A stretch of 60,642 nucleotides of DNA, the filler included, from Sphacelaria rigidula (Eukaryota), in assembly GCA_964200075.2 (NCBI GenBank). It is 8 parts of 8 records of this genome, joined end to end, with 100 filler letters (N's around TTAATTAATTAA, not from the genome) between each part and the next. Parts side by side here need not be neighbours in the genome. Positions count along the whole stretch, not along the records: positions 45,559 to 53,050 come from CAXNAA020014677.1; positions 53,151 to 60,642 come from CAXNAA020014678.1; 6 more parts are not named here. One strand, given 5' to 3'. The notes beneath the pieces were generated by a model. It was given only the letters and a program-made list of their open reading frames with translations. It was not told the origin of the DNA and ran no database searches. A program made the position numbers and the translations under genes. Below are positions 49,876 to 60,642 of this stretch, piece after piece; the first letter of the stretch is position 1, and every line of letters begins with the position of its first letter.

Positions 49876-50375
49876 CGTTGGGTTTTTTATTCGTAGTGTA
49901 TGATCTCCGCCGTGGAAAGTGTGAGAACGTGAGTAAACGAAGGAGTCGACTGGATTTGTGTGACGTCAGTTGACGCGGTGCGGGAGTGTTGACCCAATCC
50001 GCGGCACCAAAGTGTAAGGCGCGTATCCGGGGAGAGATGGGTGGATCCCTTGAGACCGCTGACTCATCCCGAGGCAGGGAAGGGGTTCAAAGTGCGAGGG
50101 AAAAAAAAGAAGTAAGTGTCAGAATATTCGGCCGGGAGAGAGTGCCGGCGATTCTGCGTGGATGGGACGATGAATAATATTGATGCTTGCGCACCATGAG
50201 GCTACCGGCTGGATCCGCGGCATCGACATGCACGAGTCCCACACCACCATTAGGTGTGTTATACTTCGTGCACCACACGTTGCGCATCCTAGCTTTCCAG
50301 GCCTCTCTTCCGAATAATTTTATTGCGAGACTTTCTTGGCCCGATACAGCACAGACCCAACTCTCAAACAATACG

Positions 50376-50570
50376 ATAGAGTAGAGTACCGTACAGCACA
50401 GGATAGTTCAGTTCAGTACGGTGCAGTGCAATACGCATACAGTACGGTGCAGTACATAACAGTACACAACAGTACATAACCGCACAGTACAGTTCAGTAC
50501 AGTACAGTCCAATATAGCATAGCACAGCACAGTCCACCCTAGGCCAAGCAGAGTACAATACACTACTGTA
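50376..50570. repeat. Degenerate (CAGTA)n pentanucleotide satellite
   Basis: cagtacagttcagtacagtacagtcc... ; a complementary tactg tract occurs at ~35740-35760. Confidence 0.85.
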
Positions 50571-51732
50571 CCGATCCCGCTATTTTACTGTTCCGAAAAG
50601 AGGCCTGGCAGCCAATGCGATGCTGCCTTCAGTACAGGCACCTGCCTGGAGTGTGGGATCCCATGTGCTTGCAGACGCCGCCGACCCACGCCCTTCTGCT
50701 TGCTTGGCAGCTTGAAACCCTTTAGTCTCCATGGGCTTCCCGAGATGTCCTTGTTTCCAGCTCGGACGCCACGAATGCAAGCACCTTCTTTGATATTTGT
50801 GTACCATAGCCTTAACGTCCACGACTTATTTTCACTAATATAGAACAAAGATCATCTCCCATCACAGAGTTCCCGGCGAGCTTGACGCCATGACGGGGAG
50901 CATGCGCAATATGAAAGCGTGTGGTGTGCAAACAGCACTCCTGAGCACAAAAGATCACACAGCAGGTTCAAACACTAGCTCGGCCACAATTTTGTACAGT
51001 CTTACCCTGTACTTGACGCGGTTTGTTCTCGGCACACGATCCTTTCTTCTGTACTTGAAGCCCGTCATGCACCTTTGGGCACATTGAGAGTTGTAGGTGC
51101 ATACGCGTGACGATCTCCCCATCACCGGGATATGTTTACAGTGCGATACTTGAAATATGTTCCGTGGAAGGAATTCCAGTTTTGCGGCCGGCCCAGCTCG
51201 TCACGGTACTGTGGTCCTTTTTTCTTTTTCCTTGTTCCTTCCTCTTCTTTTTTTTTTTCCCAGTATTTTTCTTCTTTCATTCTTTTGTAGTATTTTCATT
51301 TCATCTGCTTCTGTTTCTCATGTGACGCGTCTGTGTGAATTGCTTCTGGGTACGATATGATGTTCTGCTTTTTATTGTATCCTAGCTTGGGGTAGTTAGC
51401 CTGCGACCACAGAAGGCGTTCGCATCAGATGCCCAGTGCAGGGTACTGCGCAGATATTGAAACGTTTTTTCCCGTGAAAACGACAACAACTAGGGCTGTG
51501 AACTTGCCCAGCTTTTACTTGCGATTAACCTGGAACTTGCGATTAACCTGGAACTGGTGATGAGGACTCCAGTTTATCCAGTCTATTTGAAATTTGCTGT
51601 TACCGGCCGTGTTGAAACCAGTTTTAGTATAGGGAATTTAAAACAAAGATGCTTAGATTATTACAAACAAAATGGCAGTAGAATTGGGGCCTGCACCTGA
51701 CAGCAAAACAAATACAGACAGTACTCGTGGTA

Positions 51733-52130
51733 CGAGCTGGGCCAGCCTAGAAGCGGATTTGAAGCTTGCAGGTCCATTCGCAAATGACCACTTGGGGTTG
51801 GACTCTAAAATTTGGTATGGACAATCAATGGGGTATAGTAAACAAAATTACGCTTGGACCATTTTTTTTTCATGACTTCACGGCATTTTACTGAGAACTG
51901 AAAACTACTTGTTGCCTTGAACTCATAAAAACAAAAATAGAGTCCACGCACAATTTTCCTATCATGCCCTTTTGATTGTCCACACCAAAATTCAGGGTCC
52001 AACTCCAAAAGTATTGAATTGCGAATGGGCCGTTAAAAATCCGGGTCGGTGAAAATTCGAAACAATATTTTTCAGGCCGCTTATCGGCCCACGTTTGTTG
52101 TTTGTGTATTGAAATTTTGGGTGGAACCTG
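51733..52130 (+). mobile_element. TA-flanked DNA element fragment (same family as 22611); 3' end unresolved
   Basis: Shares ~70 bp of terminal sequence with 22611-22679 and is preceded by TA. Confidence 0.55.
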
Positions 52131-52643
52131 GCCAGAGCACAACGAATAAAAAAAGGCGGGTCATTCAAAAACAATTTCACCCGTTTAGGGCGTTTTCGTA
52201 TGTTGACGACCATGTTTCTACGAGAACGCCCGAACCTCTTTCCCCCCCAAAACAAAATTCAGGCCTACATATTTTTTTATTCAGCATACCTTATCCCTCC
52301 GTGCTGCCCGCCTCTCCTTGTCTGCAGACTCTCCTCACGGAGAGTCTGCTGCTGCATATCAAAGATGAACAATATTTTAGTCGCCCACCGCTTTGAATGG
52401 GATTCGAATCTTATGTCCAAGACTAGTAGCACGTCAATGGGAGGGGTCACATTTCATACGATTTTCAACATTTTGAAGTTGAAACAATCCAAATAATAAC
52501 GTAACTCTTCTCACCTCCGGCGGCGCTCCCGCGGGGCGCCCTTACCAGCCGGGGGGGGGGCGTCTGCGGGCCGCTCGACGCCGATGTTTTTCCAGGTCAT
52601 CGCCGCTGTCAGTTCAAACTTAACTGGCCAAAGCAGCCACTTC

Positions 52644-52710
52644 ACAACCCTAACAACAACAGCAACAACAACCCTAACAACAGCAACAACAACCCTAACA
52701 ACAACAACAG
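52644..52710. repeat. AAC-based minisatellite with three embedded AACCCTAA units
   Basis: acaaccctaacaacaacagcaacaacaaccctaacaacagcaacaacaaccctaacaac. Confidence 0.85.
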
Positions 52711-53799
52711 TGCACGAGTACAGCATCCGAAACAATATCGTCCTCAGTACGAAACATGACTGGCGCCGCCTAGTGCAGCACGGGCAAAGCAAACAGGGTC
52801 GTCTGTATGGGCCACTCCTCAGTTTCGTGAGTAAACGGTGTGCCCGCACACATGCTAGCTTGACACCACCGCAATTACGTGTCCAAATAATCAACCGCCC
52901 GCTTCCCACGTATTCATACTGTAATTTGAAGTTCGTTGTTCAGTTGGTCTGATACTCCCACGATAGTTTTTTTTTTTTGCATTGGTCACTTCAGTGCCCC
53001 CCCACACCTGCCCCTCTCTACCTTCCTCGCTCCGACCCCTCTGTTTCGTTNNNNNNNNNNNNNNNNNNNNNNNNNNNNNNNNNNNNNNNNNNNNTTAATT
53101 AATTAANNNNNNNNNNNNNNNNNNNNNNNNNNNNNNNNNNNNNNNNNNNNGTCTTACACACTTATGAGCCTCTTTTTTCGTGCAACCAAATCCCCCCCCC
53201 CCCTATCGTAGGATGACTCAAACACGAAAAATAGTGTAGAGTTTGTGCGCTCACTGCATGTTTCGATGCAAGGTGGAAAGTGCTTGAAACAATGAACACA
53301 ACAAGGCTGCACCGTCAGATGACACGCCCAGTGGCATCACGCCATGAATTACTTCATTGTGATGTGCTCTTCGTGTTGAACATGTAGCATTAGTGACTCC
53401 CGTCTCCTCACCACCATATCCATACCGTACACTCACACACTTGAACAACATATATATGCTTCCTGTCCCCACCTACCGCCCGTCCTCCCTCGCCTACCCG
53501 TCACCTACGTTCGCCTTCATGGGCCTCATATCTTCAGCCACTCGCTCCACCAGTGGTGGCCTTCACCGACAATCTCATCCCAAATCATGCAGTAAATCCA
53601 GCATATAAACCCTGCCCGCCGTGAAACACTGCAGGCTTTGTCTCCTTTCCTGCGCGCATTTTCCTGCTCAAAACTCCACTAATGCGCTAGGAAACAAAGA
53701 CACGAAGACACTCTAAATTCTAACGCTGCTGTGGTCTCTCACCAACGGCAATTGCAGTGGTGCTCATTCTCAATTCCAGACTTCTCCGTTAGCCGCCGC

Positions 53800-55364
53800 A
53801 GTGACTAGAATTTTCCTACATAAACGCGTGCTGAATGACGGCGCTCATAGGCTCGCCCCCGGGCTAGAGCGCACGGCAAGCCTGCGTGAAGCCTTTCTCT
53901 CGCCGCACTTGAACTCCCCTTCCTTTGCAGTTGATGCCTTTGGCCGCATCGTAGCATGCCTGTGCAATAGTTACAACAACAACGGCGACACGCACGGTGT
54001 GTTCCCCCCGCTCATGCACTGTCAGTGTATCTGCCGGTGTGTTCCAGCAAAAGGCGACCACTCGGGGGAGCCCCTGGGATGCTATGGTATTGCGCTGTAC
54101 CCGGGGTGTGCATCATATCTTCCACCTGTCTCCCCTATACATTTCGGCAGCACTAACGTATACTGCAGATTGATCGTTCCACAAGATCGACCCATTCGGC
54201 ATATCCACTATATTTATGCACCGTCGGTGTGCGGCACACAAAGGTGGTCACTTTTACGCCGGGCCAGGGGTGCTGCTCTTCTGCTCTTTAGTGGTTCTGT
54301 GCACGAGATTAGCTTCTTGACTGATGTCCCATGGCATGTGTATTACTGTTTGTACAAACTTCCTGCATCATTTGTGTATAGTACGGATCCATCATTCATC
54401 ATGATTACAAATGCATGCTCCGTGCTGCGTATGATCGATCAACCTGGTCGGCGCCATCGTGTGTGCACCGTGTGTTCTTATGGGCTAAGGTCGTCTGCAA
54501 TATGAGGGTGTTACACCACGGGTTAGACTGAAGCCACAGCGCGACGCTGTACTCTACCTAACTGCATGCACCGACCATGGTGAAGTACGATTCTCCGCAC
54601 CTGGTTGCGGTAGGCTGTTCCGGTGGGTTCCTTTCCGTTTTTCTCGATGTCCTCCGTTCGAACAGCCGCAGTTATGGACGCCTGGTGTTTTCCACACAGG
54701 CCCGAGTGTCCTGAGGCATTTTCCTTAGCGGCATCCAAGTTGATGACATCCGGGAGCCGTGCGGGGGGTAATGTATGCGTCGGGGGGCAATGCGCTGCCC
54801 CGACGGCTCTTGCTGCCTTCTCTGCAAAAACCCTTGCTGCCACCTTCCCTTGCGTTTCCGCAACCGCTTCCACCTGGCGGTGAATTGCGTAAACGTCGTA
54901 GCTCAATCCTTTCACGTCTGGTGACGGAATCTCTGTATGCTCGGCCATACTGCGTTGTTTCTGTGATGTACCTTAGCACGCTTGACAAGTGTTGGGCGGG
55001 TGCGAACTCCAGATTGCATCAAAACAGCACTGCGGTTGGTGCGTCACCATTATAATTTTGTGCCCAAGTAGCACACGGGACGAAATGACTAGAAAATAGA
55101 CTGGAGGTGCTGGTTTTTGTAATCTGCGATTTAGAGGGCCGCGGTGCTGGTTTTGGCTGCGTCCCCTGATTGGGTTGAAAATAACCCGACCGCACCGGGG
55201 CGACATTGTTTATGCAAACATGACGTATGTCGGTGGATTCTTCTGTGGCCTTCCGGCATAACAATGGTTGTCGTCGGTATTGTTTTTTCAAATTTTCTTC
55301 TTTGTCAGCACTTGAAATAATGAGGCGTCTGGACCGGGGACGGAAGGGGAGGGTTTCCGAAGGG
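53800..55364 (-). mobile_element. piggyBac-like TTAA element, diverged copy 2 (only one terminus found)
   Basis: Terminal 45 bp (55320-55364) match 25408-25452 at 39/45 positions and are followed by TTAA (55365-55368). Same cargo gene in the same orientation. Confidence 0.72.
53830..54948 (-). pseudogene. Cargo gene of the TTAA element, copy 2
   Basis: MAEHTEIPSPDVKGLSYDVYAIHRQVEAVAETQGKVAARVFAEKAARAVGAAHCPP...AYRNQ|gtgcgg. Candidate acceptors ttgcag (~54495) and atgcag (~54363). Stops occur downstream. Confidence 0.65.
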
Positions 55365-57004
55365 TTAACAGACATCCCGACTCGAGTTAGCTGCAGGTGT
55401 TCGATGTGTCATACAGTCCCCACGTTGGTTTCAGGCAATGGCGACCAAACCATGAGGCGCTTCAGGTACGAACGCACACGTAAGCCCTCTTTTGCTGCAA
55501 AAGCATATTCCCCGCAACCTGCAGGTCATATCGACGGTACAAGCCAACCCACTGTGGTGGATGCGCTCTCTCTGGTAACGTTATACACTGCACAGAGAAC
55601 GCATAGCGTTTTCATGCACACTCGATCTGATGTGCTGTGTCCTTTTTCACCCACGGGCGGTTCTCGGATAATAAAGCCGCTCACACGTTCCTTGTTTAGA
55701 TACGCCCCTCACGCGCCCGTAGCTTTTTCAACGCCCCCCCCGACCACCTGCCCCCGCAAGCGCCCCTGCTCACAGTCCGTCGATTCTGTATCAACCGAAT
55801 CGACCGACATGTGTCCCAACACACGCCGATTCATGCTTGCAGGTAACGAGTACGCGAGGTATTTCAATCGCCGCCCGATGCGCAGACAATTTTTCTTCCA
55901 AACACGGAACGTTGATCCACCATGCGCACCGAATTATATCGATGCGACATGATGGACTCGGACACGAGCATGATTGAACACGTCGAGGCGCGAGGCTCAT
56001 GTTACTTGTACACAAGCTCTCGACTCTGTACTCTTTTCACTTTCACACGGCACCAGGGCACACTAAAGTTTGATTGCCGCCCCACCCAGACGCACTACAG
56101 TACATACTTGATCGTCCAGAAGGCCGCGTACCTTTCGCGTTGAAATGTTGTTCCGAATTGAAGTACTGCCCACAGTACAGTACCGTCTGAGTTCCAAATG
56201 GTCTCGGCGGGCAATATGTTGCGGACGGCGAGGTACCGTGGTGTACATACGTTGTTACTACTGCTGCACTATCTGAACGAAATAATCTATATTGCATTGT
56301 CGATATGAACACGGCGCGGATATAGCGGGTGTCGGGTGTTCTTCGTGTAATACGAACGAATTGACGTCGGTACAGCACCATTGACCCGATCCTCCGCTAC
56401 CCCACGCGAAGATCACATGTACTGTAGTGTGCCACCGTGCATTTTGCTGTCTGGTGCTTTGTATGCTGCTGTTGTACTGCACTACATATTTGTATTACGG
56501 TTGCGCTTGTACATTTATTGACTGTTTACGTGCACGATGATTGGTCATCAACCCCCAACTCGGCTATTTTCGGCGAACTACGCGGTACTGTAATAAGTAT
56601 CGCCAGCTGCGCTGGTATTGCCTCTGGAAACACGGCATCCGGTAGTTATTTATTTTCTCAGCCTCAACGTGTTCTCAAAATAGATGGAGCGGTTTGACGT
56701 TGCTGTTCGCTGCATCCCACACGTCCATTCCTGCGTGGCATGCAGGTTTGTTAATGCGCTGTTGCGCTGGTGACAGACACTGTATGTCTGTTGGTTGTGA
56801 CAACCTTCGCTTTCTTGTCTCTTGCTGTTACAATTTATTCCAACACACACACACACATACGGTTTGTTGTGTGCCTTCGACATTTTTTTTTTCCTTTCGT
56901 CTGCGCCTGATTGAAAAGGTGGTAGGCCTCATGCATGTGCGGAGTGCGCGGAACTACATGTCGATCGACTGTCGACAGTATCCTACCACTCTATTCCTTT
57001 TATT

Positions 57005-60000
57005 TTGTTCACTTCGCCTCAGTCCTCAACAACTATGCTGTCTCCCACGACGAAACGTTCACTTTTTAACCCCCGCATCCCTACGTTGACAATCTGGCGC
57101 AATTGCGTAGGTGTACAAGTCATGTCTGATATCAACCGCCCTTCGACTTCATCGGAGCACGATGTCACGAAGGACGGGTCGCTCCATACAAACAAACGTG
57201 AACAACCGTACAAACCCACCACGCGTAGTGAGACGAGTGACAAAAACGAACCAGAACGTTTTGACGTTGATGATAGTGTCGTTTCAGGACGTATTTTCAG
57301 GGACATGAGTGTGGATGAAGACAGTCCTCCTCCACATGCTCACCCTGACCCCGTCGGTGCCCACTCCCCTGTACACCGACCAGTCACTCAAAGCGCTGAC
57401 GGTGTTTCCACTCTTCTTTCTCAGATAGCATCACTCCACGTAGACCCTGATGCTACGAAAACCTTCCCTGACGATGACCTCCGTACCCAAACCGGTGCTG
57501 AACCCTCTGATCGCCCCACTCTGACTTTTGATACGTCGCCCAAATTGGAACAATACCTGCCCACGCGTGACGAAACACACGACCGGCTTCGGCAAAAACG
57601 TCCAGCCTTCATTCCCCCGCGCCATTGGTACAACTTTTCAGAGGCTGAACAGACAACGTGCTGGAATCAGATCCGCAGCAACGATCTAGCACACATTGAA
57701 CTTGAGCACAGAGAGTTGGAGTTTGCCCGCCTACAGGTATCTACAAGTGTCCAGGAGCCCGATCAGGCCTCCCATAATGTAGATGTCCAACCCGAGAAGA
57801 AACCAACGGAACATAATGAACTAGAACGCGCGATACGCGAATCCACGAAGGCTCTGGAAATTGTGGAGAAAGAATATAAGCTGTTGGCAAAAAGATACTC
57901 AGTAGCTTCGCGTCATTTTGGACTATGTCGGCAACCCTGGCAATCACAACTGCGTTCGTACCGTCGCCTGCTTCGCCCCTGAAGCGACAACTGATTCACC
58001 GCCTGACCCACCTGACCTGGCACACTTTCGACCACATGCACCGACACATTCACAACACGGCATACGTTTACACATGAGTGAATCTAGTGCCGCGGCTGAA
58101 CCCCGCCACAGCGGTACCCACACAGCACTGATGCTCACCTCACAACTTGACAACCTTTTGGGAACGTTCTACAAGTTGCGGAGATTCCAAATAGCATACA
58201 GCGGGGTAACCCAGGACGCGTTGCTTAGCCAAAAAGCGAAGCCCCGCCACCTGCATGTTTATTTTTCTACTTCTGTAAGTCATTTCTCATTGGTTGGTAC
58301 AATCCCACAGTTAGAAATGAACAATGACCGGTAATTCACTGCAGAAGTACCCAACAATTTTATGTCAACCATTTTTCTTTCGCTCGGCCAGGTCACAAAC
58401 ATCACACCCATGAATCAAGGGCGGCCACCGCGGGTTCAACCATGTGGTGTGGGTTCCCTGGATATGCTAACACTACCTTGAAGGGCTCCAAGACAATCGA
58501 AGCCCGTGCACCGTTGCATGGCTATCATTTGAGCAGTGACCAAACCCAACGGTTTAACCCTGGAGTTGATCCCCCTGTTTTACATTCACCAGTTACTAAT
58601 CATATTCGATCGAATCCCCTCCCTTCGAAGGAGAGGAAGTCATGTAGTGCATTTTCTCACGCATCAGGAGTCGAAATATCTTCTGGTACGATGGACACTG
58701 CTGCTCCGACCGTTCATCGAAGAACACGAAATTCAAAGTCACACACTCAAGCACCCCGCAACTGCCCAAGTGCCCGGCTAACCACCCTACCGAGTTTCGC
58801 AAAAACTACGGTACCCGGTTCCCTTTTATTTAATGAGCATATTCATTCCTTGAAGGGTGGCAACCGCAAAGAACCCATGCTTTCCGTCGCTCAGCGGGTT
58901 GGAATGGAACCCCAAGTGACAGCGACTCAGGTGGTGCGCCAAGAGCGTGACCTAGGTTCGACCGTCCAAGAACTCATTTTAATAGCTCCTGGAGCCGCCG
59001 ACCCTTTCGTGCGCTATACTCGTCACCAAAGACGGGCTCCTCCAGATAATCATGTAGATAACCCTGATGTAGCAAGCGCACGTGAACTCCAAGGAGGAGA
59101 TTGCGTGTGGGCTCAGACAGATGAAAACCTTACAGTGGAACAGGCCGGTACTCCCCAGATTTCAAACAGATCGTTACTGCTCCCTGACCACTCCGCGTGC
59201 ACTACGTTAGAACCCATTTCGGATGAAGCGTTGCCGTCTGTAGGGACAGAGACTTCGCCGCCTCATGGACGTTCGCATCCTAGCCATGAAGGCGCCTCAA
59301 TCGTGTGCTCGTCACCAGGCAAACAAAGTGGTACGCAAGACGACTCGTCTCCTAACTCGCCCACGTTGGCCCCTTTAATAGACACCGGGTTGAACAGTAC
59401 AGCTTACCAACCCCGCGTCCTTACGAATCGTCTCCAAAACCTCCCATGTTGGCTCTAACTGGTGATGTTATTGAGTTGATTGGCGAATCAAACTCAACAC
59501 CGCGCCCCGATGAATCGTCCCCTGTTCCGACCAAGCTGGATAATGTAATTGATCCCGCTTTGCACAATGACGATTCGCCCCCTCTGTTGGCCAATAAGGG
59601 TGAAACACCACGCACAGACCAGTTGTCGGATCCAACCACGGCAACTTCCCTTCCCCGGCATCGCCCCTCCGTTGCAGTATATGAGATTCAACCCTCGACT
59701 GATGAGACAAATAGTTCAGGCATAAACACTGACACTTCCTGCACGCACCATCCTTCCGACGAAACGCTTGTCCCACAGGATCATCAACGGGTGTATTTTA
59801 GCACCTTCGTTCAAAACGCAAAGCAGGATGTGTCAGATGTCTTACCCGAATTCGGGCCCGAACTCGTCAGTGGTACTGTAACTATGGATGATGCTTCTTT
59901 TACGACCAAGATAGGGTAACATAGTGGAGCGCGTGCAAACTATCATTTGATAGCTCTTGCACTACCAGACTCTGGTTCACCTCAAACGTTCATTACAGCC

Positions 60001-60642
60001 AGCTGCTGGCAATAGATGAACAACGCGGGCGCAGCAGACGAGCATTGTCTGTCCACCGTGCACCCCCGTGTTATCGGTGGCTTTGGTTTCTCCACATGTC
60101 GTACGGTCAATCAATCGGTGAGACTAAGTGTACAATCTACCACGATACTACTCCCACTGCTCGGTTGTCCGTATGGGCACTCATTGTGTCCGACGGTTCC
60201 ATGTATTTTGATGTTTTGTTGGGTCGAGATAGTTGGCGTCGTTTTTCCACACATACGTATACGACGGATACACCTGTCGCGAACCGTCCAGTGACAGGCA
60301 AACTGTCACTGGGTCACTTCGACACTGATTCGGGAGCTCATGCTTGTGAGGATGACACACGAAAATAGGTAATGCTTTCCGTCTGTACTATGTCGGTGAA
60401 CCGGTAATCTCGCTTTCTCGTGAACCCCAACTGATTCAAGTGAACCTCGTGAGACGCCATGGATCGCCCGCCCTCACAGGACATTATTTGGTCGAGTTGC
60501 TTAAACCTGACCAAGCACAGGTTGGTCCGTTTGAACAGACCGAAGTCTTTGTCCACGAAGGTAGGCAGGCCATTTACCTCACGTCCCCTGCATGTTTCGA
60601 TATACTCAACGGTCAGTTGTTGGGTTATGCTCAAGCGCCTCT
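57005..60642 (+). mobile_element. Degenerate Ty3/Gypsy element C, a divergent relative of A/B; truncated by the window end
   Basis: LPEFGPELVSGTV, LPDSGSPQTFI, PRVIGGFG, DVLLGRDSW and RRHGSPALTGHYL all align to the copy A protease region. Upstream lie long broken S/T/P-rich ORFs (57005-57982, 58442-59919). Confidence 0.85.

Noticed and set aside
53801-54505. 234-aa plus-strand ORF
   Set aside because: It is antisense to the cargo gene, whose homology to the other copy and splice signals fit the minus strand better; no recognisable motifs.

Overview
Repeat-rich eukaryotic genomic DNA with spliceosomal GT-AG introns. Intron style and repeat content suggest a brown alga (Ectocarpus-like); this taxonomic call is an inference. 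The window is not one contiguous locus. It consists of eight near-equal blocks (6 x 7493 bp + 2 x 7492 bp) joined by identical 100-bp N/TTAATTAATTAA/N linkers, so adjacency across linkers carries no meaning. Host genes: a complete 3-exon CDC40/PRP17 WD40 splicing-factor gene (41338-44583), the 3' six exons of an uncharacterised gene (531-5729), and one large orphan exon on the minus strand (26892-27858). The rest is mostly transposon-derived. There are three degenerate Ty3/Gypsy LTR retroelements with unusual architecture: a very long Gag, a shared in-frame TGA-C after Gag, a conserved extra domain between protease and RT, and an integrase ending in a chromo-like plus Tudor/SH3-like module. 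Also present are tRNA-headed SINEs, several MITE/foldback elements and a three-level nested insertion. The least explained signal is a TTAA/CCC-ended (piggyBac-like) element present in two diverged copies (23671-25452 and ~53800-55364). It carries a conserved, apparently spliced, unknown gene instead of a recognisable transposase.
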